A DNA stretch of 55,326 nucleotides from positions 124,001-179,326 of the forward strand of contig JALDZS010000027.1 of assembly GCA_022813965.1 (NCBI GenBank). The letters are read 5' to 3'. The position numbers were made by a program, and so were the translations under genes. The DNA comes from Toensbergia leucococca (lineage: Eukaryota). This document shows positions 25,278 through 36,114 of the stretch, in pieces (within the stretch, counting starts at the first letter, position 1; each line of letters starts with the position of its first letter). The notes below the pieces were generated by a model that saw only the letters and a list, made by a program, of their open reading frames with translations, searched no databases and had not been told where the DNA came from.

Positions 25278-28200
25278 CTACAGCCCACCAACCCCAGGCC
25301 CTCCACCCCACAACCCCCCCAAAACTCCCCTCACCTCCCCAGCACCCCCAACCCTCCCCTCCCCCTCCCCCCTCTTCCAGCTCCCTAGCTCCCCCCACCG
25401 CCTCACCACATTCCCGTCCACGACCGCGCGACCGCCGACGCTGGAATCGATCTCGACGGCGCGGTAGGCGCGCGGATTGAGGCCTAGGGGGTGTGGGAGG
25501 GTGGTTTGGAGGTAGGAGGTCAGGGCTGCGAGGGTGCGGTGGTGGTGGGGGGGGAGGGGGCAGAGGGAGGAGAGGGAGCCGGTGCGGGAGGGGAGGAGGA
25601 GGGTTTGCGGGCTTGTTTGGGTGGTTGTGGTTTTTGTGGGGGAGGGGGAAAGGAGGAGGGTGGTTGTGGGGGGTTGGCCGGTGTGGAAGGTGCTGATTTG
25701 GAGGAGGCGTTGGCCGGAGAGTGATTTTGGGTCTGTGGGTTGTTTAGCAGGGGGGGTTAGTTAGTTGGGGTTTTCTTTATTCTTTGGTTTTTGAGGGCAA
25801 GTCTGCTAGGTGCGGGGGGAACTTACGTTCAGGGTCGAATTGGAAAATGTGGATATTGCAGTCTGCGTCTGCGACGACGAGGTAGAGGGCCGTGCCGTCG
25901 GGCAAGAAGTCGGCGGCTAGGACTTCGAGGTGCTGAGACGATTTGCCAAAGAGACGAAGCTGGTAAGGGTCCTCCTGCCAAGGTTTGTGGATACGGTTAG
26001 CTCTGTATATTTTTGGTTTTGGGAAGGGGGGGAGGATGGGGGAAATGGCCTACGGTGTATCCTGCGAACCAGATACCCTTGATGGCATCGCCCATGAGAC
26101 ACAAGCCTGTGCCAGGCAGCTCCTTGGCCACGCTGACGTAGCATTGCATGTCCATGAAGGCGACAGGCAGGAGGGTGCCGTCTTCCTTCAGGCCGCGCAC
26201 CATGCACTTCTGGCCTTGGGTCGCGAGCAGGAAGCCCTGGGTACCGATGGCAGAAATGGCGGTGACGGCGCCTTTTACCTCTTCTTTGGCGATTAATTTT
26301 AGTTTGTGGCCGGTTTGAGGCTGGGAAGGTTCGGGGACGACGGGGATGATGTCGTAGATGTAGATGCGGCCATGGGAGGGGAGGTCTTCGCCGCGAAGGA
26401 CGGCGGTACCGATGGCGACGAGGATGTGGCGGGTGTGGGTGTGTTCGGAAACTTCAAGAGAGAGACTTTTGATGCTTGTGACAATTTCGGAGGGGTCGAG
26501 GTCGTGGCTTGGGGGAAGTTAATGGGGGCCGTTTGGGGCTTCTTGGGGGAGAGGACTTACGAGTCAATTATGGACATCGTAGCGCGGTCTAGTAGTTTTA
26601 TTGAGCCTTGGTCTACTTGTGGCAAGAACAATGTTTCTGGAAGATAGCTGTGTCAGTAGATCTGACATCGGGATTATGGAGATGGGAAGCCACCTTCAAG
26701 ACTCCACTCGTAGTGGAACTCGTCCTCTGGCAGCTTGAAGTCTACCTTTCGACTCATTCCAATAACACAGAATCCAGTCTTGTCATGACAGTCAAGTGCC
26801 TGAACTTCTTCGCCCAAGCAGCTTTTGTGAGTGACCCAGCCCGTGCTATAATCTCTACCAGGAGGCAGTTGGGCCACCCGGACAGACCCCTACAACAGTC
26901 AATAAATGCTTTAGACAAACAAAGTCGGGGGACTCACCTCGCTGTCTACGTAGGCAAACCCTCTTTCGCAACTTGGGGTATGAAGACTGCTTATACCTTT
27001 GACAGCCGCCACTTGGATACTGATAACTCGCGGCGGACTCGATCGAGGTTTGAGTATGAAACCAGGCGATGCTCCTGGGATAAAGACAGTACTGTAGTCG
27101 CATAAATCATGCATGACTCGGAGGGGTTGGTCCCGTTGAACTGGAGTGCCGTAATCGGAGGTCTCGATTTGGGTCTTTGGTTGATGGGGATTTGAGATCT
27201 TGAGGAAGCGGAGAGAAGTTTTCCGCTTTCCTTCTACGGGTGATTGATAGGGTTGGTAGATGGTCAGGTCGTCGTTTGCCGAACGAAGCTGGGAAGCATT
27301 AGTTTGGGCAGATGATACCTGTGCATTGCTGACGTACTATCACATAGGGAGACTTATGGATGGAGTCGCCAAGTTCAGCCACAAGGATCTCAGTCAAGGT
27401 ATCTCTTGCTGCAGAGCGTCTGACTGTGAATTCGGTAGACAAGAAGGGGGGAAGAAAGCTAAGGCCATCGGCAACGTAGACTGGCTGGCGCAAATCTGGA
27501 AGACGGTATATCTAATGTACCATGTCAGTATCGAGGTCCTTCGATAAAAGCGGTAAATACACCACAGAATCAACAGACGAGATTTACTGACCTGCAAGCT
27601 GCCTGTAGCACTCAACAGAAATATTAGTACGTTACCGTCATCCTCGCTGTCTTCATCTGACTCCAAGCGAAGAACATCGTTTGAATCCTCGTACAGCGAA
27701 CCAGAAACCCATTCCGTGGTAAGAAGATCGTCTCCTCGCTCTACTTCGTCAAGATCACCGCCCTCATCCGCCCTCAGAACCATGACACTAGAGTCGTCTC
27801 GGATCAGTAGCACGAAGTGATCTGTGAAGCTTGCGCTGACCACTTTGGGCTCCGCTTCTGTGACCTCATCTGTCATCGGAAATATCTGGGCAAGACCAAA
27901 GCCTGGGAAGCATCAGCGGACTGATCGACCCAAGAATATAAACGGTTGTTTTGGGCACAGCACGGTGGGTATGTGACAGCATGAATACAGGAGAGCAATA
28001 GTGGATCAATGTTTATATTGATACTATAAAACACCGTTAAACGGGATAGAGTGCATTCTCGCTGCCATATCATTTGGATGTAGTGACGATGCTCTCGGTG
28101 TATTCTACCTGCATGGTCTTTGAAAGTGTTCACCCCATGTCCCACAGACGCACACGACCACTCGTTGTCTCCAATATATTCCAAGAGCTTCGAACGGGGC

Positions 28201-30302
28201 CCGTCAAGTAGCTGCTCTGGAAGTGTGCCAAAATTATATTGAAGAGTGCAAGAAAGAACATTAGACTTACCTCCATCATACGTTCGCAGCTCTCCTCGCA
28301 AGACTTGCACAATCCGTGTGCCTCCATTGAGCACACCAACATCTATAGTGGCTCCTGCCGTAGGATCAAAGTCACCGTCCTTTATCTCTTCAAGACCCGT
28401 ACTGTTTATAGAGTAGGCAACTGACTGCTCTTCGCCTTTTTGAGTGACTCTGGAAGCTATTATAAACCTATCATGCCCACTCTTGTTATCGCTGGCACTC
28501 TCTGAGGAAGCATCCTTCGAAAGCGATCTTGCACAAATGGCCCAGATACCTTGGGCATCGGGAATATCATATCTACCTGCCAATTGTGGACAGATTTCAC
28601 GCCTGATCGTAGTAAGTCCTCCTGCTCTGCCACATCCAGTGGCAGCTATGAGTTCAAGACCCGACGATGAAAGTCCCCGAGCTGAGTTCTCTTCCTCGAG
28701 AGACCCGTAGTTTTGTCTTCCTAAAGCTACGTCTGTGAGTGGTGCAAGATTCTGAATCGAATCATGAATTCGAAAACCATATTCTTCATTGACAATTTCA
28801 CTTGAGGGAAAAGTAGACGCTTCCTCAAGCGTCGGGTTTGTCTTCGCACTCGAGTATAGATCATCTTCATCGTCTTCAATATCGTCTTCATCAATGTCGG
28901 ATGCATCTTCTTCACCATCCATGTCTAAATTTGCTCGAGATCGTTGTCGTTTGAGTTTAGTATATCTACGAGACCACCCAATGACAACTGAATCTGCCAA
29001 TTCGCTACCAATAAACATCCTCCCGCGACCAATTGTTGAAACACAAGATGCACCGTTTTGAACAACGAACCCGCCATTTTCTTCGGCGATGCGACGGACC
29101 GAGAGTCCAGAGACCGATCTACCGTCAATCTTAAATCCAAGAATGGCAAGCTCTCCAGAATTCAAGATCATTAGCATTTCGCCGCTATCAAGCCGGAGCT
29201 GCTCTAAAAAGCAGCCTTCCAGCCTCATGGCGAGATCGGATTGATCGGACATTGCGAAAGAGGTGGAGTTCTTAGCGAAGTCATTCAAAGCTACCCCATT
29301 TGTCTTTCCGGCCTGATCCACATGAATAAGCTCATTGGTGCCCACCAATACAGCCCCGCCTACAGGCAGTTGAAGTGGTACAACTTGGTAGAGATCGTAT
29401 GGAAGGTTGTTCACTGACAGTAAGGTAGTAGAAGCGCGTTGTTCCAGATCCAACGTAAAGACAGAGTAAGACAATGTATCGCGCCTATCATGAAGCAGCG
29501 CTGACGAGCTTGCTGATTGAGATGACAAGACACCAAAGGTTGGCTCGCGGTATTCATACAAGAAGGCCAAGTGAAGGGGGTGGGTCAAATTTGGATCTAG
29601 TGCCAACAAGGACAGAACAAAAGAAGCCGCATAAGGCGTCTCTGTAGGAAGGGCGTCCCCGTTTGTCGGAAGAGAGAGCGACTTGCTCAGCTTAGAGCGA
29701 TCGTCGTCTATTGCAGGATCATAATCATCTATGACCAGATCATCCCCTGCTTGATGGAATGGCAGTATGGCTAGATGGCGTACCCCAAACTTGAAGGCCG
29801 CACACCTGCTTCGAGGATCCACAGTCAAGTAATTGACGCACTGACCAATGTCCGGCTCCCACGGACTGCCTTGTAAATCTTCTCGCTCGTAGTAATGTAT
29901 TGAAATAGTCGAGATGCTGTAGCGTTCCGGGTCCCACTCAACCAAGCTGAGCTTAGCGTCCCTGAGAGCAACGAGTACAGCTTCGCCTCCGGACTTGGAA
30001 TTCGATATCTTGACCCGAGCGAGAGAGATGATTGTGCCGGAGAGTTCATATTGGGCTACCAGTACAAGCTTCGTAGTGGGCATTTTTTCACTTCGCACAA
30101 AAGCACCAGAGACTGGGAGGAAAGGCGTGTCGCCATCGGACTGAGTGGTAACTTGATTGACCTCGATGACTTGTTTGAAAGAGAAAATCTGCAGCAGAGA
30201 GGTCTTGGCCACTAATAGATTATTGGCGGTAGCTGATAAGAAAGGTAAAGAAAGGGAATGTGTGACGGCGGTGGGAGGCGTCAGCTCGGTGTAGCACTGC
30301 AT
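25278..30302 (-). CDS. CFT1: Cleavage and polyadenylation specificity factor subunit Cft1 (CPSF160), about 8 exons
   Basis: [21 protein letters not shown] at 30302; [54 protein letters not shown]; last exon [14 protein letters not shown]...[10 protein letters not shown], stop at 25278-25280. Long intron 27903-28270. The extreme 3' end lies in G/C homopolymers, so the stop position is less certain. Confidence 0.95.
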
Positions 30303-30610
30303 CTTCTCAAAGCACAATACTGGATCTATTTAATTAGATGAGTATAGAATGATGCCATGTCTCGACATAAGCAGCTAGAACATGTGGTGTTGTTGATACG
30401 GATAAATGACGCGAGAATGTGCGCTTGGTTGCGGCATGACGACGTGAAACGAGAGACGAAGCTTGGACGTTGGAATCAAGGCAGAGAGATCCTTCCCCGC
30501 CCATGAGTATAGAATAACATCTCACCATCCCCAAGCCCCTAAAGAATTCTTCTTATGAAGGTGGAGAGGAGTCCTCTCACCTCTAGAATACTTAGACGTT
30601 GCACGTCACC

Positions 30611-32509
30611 ATGGCTCTCATCCAGTCCACCCTGATCTGGGTGGTTTATGCTGTGGTCATCGTGCTCCTTGTTGCCATAGCCTCCATCTTTGTCTACGTC
30701 TATCAGTCTCCACGTGAGAGATCAGCCACAGTCTCCATCGTCTGTATCTTCACTCTTACATCGTTACTGGCCACTGTCCTCCTTCTACCTGTCGACGTTG
30801 CTTTGGTGTCATCTACTACCTCTTCGAAACTGGGTCGACGGAAGGACTGGGCAACACAAGACCGCGTTGACAACATCCTCTTGACATTAAAGATTGTGTA
30901 CTACACTCTATATTCTCTGGATGCCATCCTTTGCCTCCTCGTTGTGCCCTTCACCTACTTCTGGTATGAAGAGTACGATGAGGTTGCAACTGAAGAGGGT
31001 ACGCAGACTCTTGGCTCACGCTTCTGGGGCGCCTTCAAGTACACTTTGGCATTCATTGCATTGGTCATAGCATTGTTCCTTGTTGGCTTCTTCGTCCCTG
31101 TTGCAAAAGACCGAAAGGGTGGCCACTACGATTTAGATTATTTCAAGCATCTTCTAGCCGAGAACCGTCAGTATACCCGTATTTCTGTATGATGAGATAT
31201 CTTTACCTAATACGAAGCCGAGATAGATGGAGAACGAGCCTTGACGTTCGGCCTTGGCCTACTCATCACAATTGGCACACTGATCTATATACTCTACACC
31301 GCCGCAGGATTTGCATTGCTACCAATCGCTTTAATTAAATCCGCCCCCTCCGTGTCTGCACCTACGCTTAGTGCCAATACTGCCTCAGAGCTCGAGCAAA
31401 ACCGTGAACGTCAACGCCAATTAGAGGGCCGCAATGAAGGACGCTCTGACGGCTTAGCCCCTAAAGATCGCAGAGAACTCGATGCTCTTGTGCGGGATGA
31501 ACGGACTCTTGTCCGTCGGGAGCGTTTGGCAGCCGAAGCAACAGGAGAGGGGCAGTCTTGGCTGATGAAGACGTGGCTGAAAATCGAAGCTGTCTTTCGC
31601 CCTATCAAGCTTCTCGGCGGTTGGTTCCTCATGCTTATAGCCATCTTCGTCTGGGTTTGCATGCTCTTGACAGGAATCGACAAAGCGAAGAACTCGGTGT
31701 GCAAAAGCCACTGCGGCTACGTCCTTGGTCATATCACCATCTTCAACCCTATGAATCGGATCTTTGCTCTGACTGCCAAAATTTTCCCTATTGACTATGT
31801 CATCTTTCTCCTACTAGTACTATTCTTCTTTGCCAGCTCCGTTGTCGGTATTGCAAGTATTGGCATTCGTTTCCTCTGGCTCAAGATTTTCCAAATCAGG
31901 AAAGGCCACACTTCACCACAAGCACTTCTCATGGCCACCGTTATGCTAACGCTCATCGCTCTTGCTATCAATTACTCGATGGCGATGATGGTTGCACCCC
32001 AATACGCCCACTTTGGACCACAGACTTTTTGCGACCATCCACCCAAGCATCCGGGCGAACAGCCTGACTGCTCTGCCCACAAAGGACATATTCAGCCCTG
32101 CTCTGAATTATCCTCCTCGGCCGCTGCGAAGAATGTCTGCACTCCTAGTGTCGTGAGCACCTTTCTCGACCGCATCACAGTCAACTTCTCCTTCTTTGGC
32201 GTTGTCTGTTTCTGGGCCCAGTTCGTCTTCTTAGGTACGCTATCTCTATTTCCAGCTAAATCCAAAGTCAAAAATTACTGACATCTCCTAGCTGTCTTCC
32301 TCATCGTCTTTATCACCTCGCTTTTCCGCACCCCGAAAATGGACGAGTACCTCGACCAAGATGCCGAGGAAGACGAAGAGGAAGGCCTTCTCGCCAGTAC
32401 AGGCAGACGCTTTGGCGCCACGTGGCAGGATATCACGGGCAGGGCGACCAAAAAGCCTACCAACGGCGGAAGAGGAAATCGTGACGACGATCGTGAGGAA
32501 GAAGATTGA
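30611..32509 (+). CDS. LMBR1-family membrane protein, probable lysosomal cobalamin transporter (LMBD1-like), 3 exons
   Basis: [14 protein letters not shown]..., [51 protein letters not shown]; introns near 31167-31225 and 32235-32291; many TM helices. Confidence 0.9.
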
Positions 32510-32551
32510 TGATGCATTCGTACCCCGTGATAGTTGCCGAATGAGATTGCG

Positions 32552-32570
32552 TTTTTTTTTTTTTTTTTTT
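32552..32570. repeat. Poly(T) tract (about 19 nt) between convergent genes
   Basis: Uninterrupted T run in the 3' intergenic region. Confidence 0.9.
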
Positions 32571-32773
32571 AAATTGTAATTATGCCATGTCAGCGATGTG
32601 CGTGTATACTGTTGCGAGAAAGGCTTCGATATCCCGGGTGCGCATAAATCGGATCAGGGAGTCTAGGACACATTTTTGCATGCGACAATGATACGGTTGT
32701 AAGGATCCAAAAGTACCTATACTTGCAACTTCCCCCTCCCCAAAACAGCCATGGCATTCCCATATCCCACTCC

Positions 32774-33736
32774 TCAGCCCCCTTGTCCCTTCAATCCCCC
32801 TTTCCCAACCCGCACCCACCGATGCCCCCTCTCCTCCCTCCCCACCTCGGGCCCGACATGCCCCTCGCGCCAGCACCCGGAGCAGTACAAGTCGCCCGCG
32901 CACCCGAGACAGCGCGCCGTCGCGTCCGCACAGCAGATAATGCACCAGGAGGAGATTTCTGCGTCGGAGAAATGGGGGCCGTTTGGTGGGCGGTTTTTGG
33001 TGGTGGGGGGTGTTGTTGGGGCTTGGGGGAAGAGGGGTGGGGTGGTGGATTGGTTTTGTGGCGAGGTCGTGGTCGTGGTGGGGTGGGTAGTTGGTGGGGA
33101 GGGGAGGGTAGGGAATGGGGTTGGGGCAATTTTTGTATTTGGTGGCAGCGGCGGGGAGGAGGGGGAGGTGGGGTCGGGGTTCGTTGTTTGGGGGTCGTGT
33201 GAACTTTGATTTAAGCTGGGGCTGGTGCTGTGCTGCGTTTCGAGGGCGAGTTCGTCGAGAATTTGTTGGAGGTAGAGATTTGCTTCGGCGTCTTCGGTGG
33301 CGGTTGGGCCAGAGGGGAAAGAGGAGGTGGTGGTGGAGGGGGAAGGGGGTATGTCTTCTGCTGCGTCCGGTGCTGGTGGGGGGCTTGAGGTGGGGTCTTC
33401 TGAGGCAGAGAGGGCTAGCTTGGCTTCGGTGAGGAGGGCGAGGGCTTCGGATTTTGGGGAGGGGGGGAGGGTCCGTTTGTTTGGGGCGAGGAGGGAGGAG
33501 AGGGGTGAGGGAGGGGAGGGAGAGGGGGAGGGGGAGGGATTTTGTTGTGGTGGTGGGAGGGTTGTTTTGGTGTTGGGGCTGGAGCTGGAGCTGCTGAGGT
33601 TGCGGAAGCGGATGGTTAGGTCGGAGGAGGGGTTGGGTGAGGGGTGGTTGGGGGTTGTTGGTTGGAGGGATATGGATGATTTTTTCAGGGCGTTGAGGCG
33701 GGCGAGGAGGAGGTCGTCTTGGGTGTTTGGTGTCAT
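32774..33736 (-). CDS. ZFYVE19/ANCHR-like protein with C-terminal B-box-type Zn finger, 320 aa, intronless
   Basis: N-terminal DDLLLARLNALK and DLTIRFRNL; C-terminal WCIICCADATARCLGCAGDLYCSGCWREGH; Pro/Ser/Thr-rich linker. Confidence 0.8.
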   Translation of the reverse strand: MTPNTQDDLLLARLNALKKSSISLQPTTPNHPSPNPSSDLTIRFRNLSSSSSSPNTKTTLPPPQQNPSPSPSPSPPSPLSSLLAPNKRTLPPSPKSEALALLTEAKLALSASEDPTSSPPPAPDAAEDIPPSPSTTTSSFPSGPTATEDAEANLYLQQILDELALETQHSTSPSLNQSSHDPQTTNPDPTSPSSPPLPPNTKIAPTPFPTLPSPPTTHPTTTTTSPQNQSTTPPLFPQAPTTPPTTKNRPPNGPHFSDAEISSWCIICCADATARCLGCAGDLYCSGCWREGHVGPEVGREERGHRWVRVGKGGLKGQGG

Positions 33737-34807
33737 GCTTTCGTTTTCCCTTTTCGTTTTCTTTTTTTTTTTTGTTTTCCTTATTGGGATGGTAGGGGTT
33801 GGTAGGGATGGCGGATTAGAAAAATATAGATGGCTTTTGTTTTTTTAAATATGTCTGGTGGAAGGGGGGGATCTTAGTAAGTGAGGCTGGACATGATTGC
33901 TAGTGGATGAAGGAAGTGATATCAAGGGACTGAAATATTTGTATGTTTATGGATATGGAGAAAAGGGTTGAGAGAAGTTTCTTTGCTTTTTTTTCAGGGA
34001 GTGGAGATGTTGAGCGAAAGGGAACATACTGGCTTTACTCAATCGCTGGGATTTCTTTCCGCTGTTCAAAACTGATGAAGGTGTGTTGCTTGTGCTGCTA
34101 ATGGGTTTGCTTGTTGTGTTTCATAGCAAAGAGCACATGTTATGAGGCTACTACTCTAGTATTCAATATGGCTCCTGATTGTTTGAGTCATGTTGATGAG
34201 ACATGTTTATTGAATGCTGAATAACATTACATTGAAGGTAGGCTCTCATTATGCCTAATACTTTCCCTCCAACCCCACCTCCAACCACCAGCTGGCTAAA
34301 TTTGATTAGGCAAAAGCGAGGCCGTTGTGAGTGCTACCACGCCGTCACCGTCGCCATCACGGGGTGCAATGTCATACAGGGAAGGGCAACGCTGTCGTAC
34401 CAAATCTACACCTATATCTCACTCATGCTCCATCGCCTCTATTGATTGCAAGTACAGACTTTGTTGGTCAAGGATCATATATCCTCCATGACATTTATCA
34501 CGAGCAGACTCCCATTCGCAGTTGGATTCCACCTAAACAAAGCTGCGTCAACAAAACAACTATGGTTTTCTCAATCCCGTTTCCACGATTCGAATCCAAA
34601 TCTTCAGCTCTTCCGAATCGCCGTATTACTTGCATCCCGAACGTATTTGAAGTTTGATTCTCACACCCTTTGCTATCTCCGAACGTTCTCAAAACTATTG
34701 ATTTGATGTCGCCGTACGATCTCGAATATTAGCCATTGCACGGCGTGTATTTAGCGTAGAGTGCGTCTCAATTGTCTTGCGTTTTATTCTTGATATTTTC
34801 TACTCCA

Positions 34808-34935
34808 TACTCGTGTTCACCCCCGGATGCAAGCCACTGTCGGATGCAAATCCTATCCCAATTTTGGTTAGCTGACTGTAATTAGGCTAGCATTTGCATC
34901 CGACAGTGGCTTGCATCCGGGGGTGAACAAGAGTA
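34808..34935. mobile_element. MITE-like non-autonomous element (Tc1/mariner-pogo type), 128 bp including terminal TA
   Basis: Arms 34808-34851 and 34892-34935 are inverted repeats matching at 43/44 nt, with a 40-nt spacer. TA at both ends is the putative target-site duplication, and each arm contains two CGGATGCAA direct repeats. Confidence 0.8.
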
Positions 34936-36114
34936 AATCTCATATTAGAAGCTACTTCGCAGTGTTGTATCAGCATATCCCAATACTAAAAGTGTTTCAT
35001 TTATCTGTGTTTTGTACCATGTGATGAGGAATCGATGCTGCACCACTGCTTTTCTCTTTTTAATATTCTGCAGATGTTGTGAGATACGGGTTCAATGTAA
35101 AGGTCACCTCTGTAACATATAGCCAAGTTCAACAAGCAACTTGCACAGCAATGCCACGAATTCTTGCAGATTTAGCTACTCTGTAGTTCTTGGATCACTT
35201 TCAACCGATAGATCGTGAGATTTGCTGGTGATGTTCTGAGGGCTCGCTAGACTTCAAAGGGCATGGTGATGGATGGTGATGACAGGCGGTATTCATGTAG
35301 GGTAGAAGAGTTCTGGCCGCATCGAGTCTTCTTTGCTGAACGGATGTCATAAACACACAACGACCTACCTGAAAGGGGATTAACATACCAATACTTCGCA
35401 GTAGAGGATGCATATGCATCAGAGAGTCCTGACCTCAGACACAATAGATACTGCACAATTCGAGATTCCTTTACGGTGTACGCTGTGGCGATGGTAGTTC
35501 ATCTGTGCAACGACAAAATCTACGTGATGGAGCATGGCGAGTCATTATATTGGATGCGAGTTGATCAAGGTGCATTGTGGACCCGAAGCACCGAGTAGTT
35601 TTGTGTTCGCGGGTCGTTACTTGGAGATGCAGGCGAAACAGGCGAATCTGATCAGCGATAGTATTACAGTCTGATCGACGACCTCTGGATGACGTTTGTA
35701 GCAAGTTGCCTCGACGCGCCAGATGCCGAGCCGAACCTCAAGTTGAGAAAAGGAAATCCAGCAGATCCGCCGTCTGTTGACGAATTATCCCAGCCAGTAC
35801 AGACCGTAAGACGAAGCCGAAAATGCCGACTGTGCGATCCATCCTAGCCTCTCGCCGAGTTGCAGAAAAAGAAAAAGAAGCTGAGACTTTTGGTACAAAG
35901 AGAAGGGCCCATTGCAGAGCCATTATCATCGACGGCTTCCGAGCTCCAACCAGGGCGACAATGACCACAAATCGTTCAGCAACATTAAAGATCAAACGAG
36001 CCAGTCTCGACCTAAATTGAATGCCGCCACTCCTCGGCCTCGTGAATGAAATAGAGGTTTGGGCGCGTTATTTAGCAGAGCGCTCCGCACCTGAACAGAT
36101 CAGCTGACCGCAAT

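Noticed and set aside
25491..25764. Gly-rich + strand ORFs, and likewise those at 32723-33848
   Set aside because: Antisense shadows of the C-rich CFT1 and ZFYVE19-like coding strands.
34331..34706. ORFs of 86-108 aa near the MITE
   Set aside because: No transposase or other recognisable motif.
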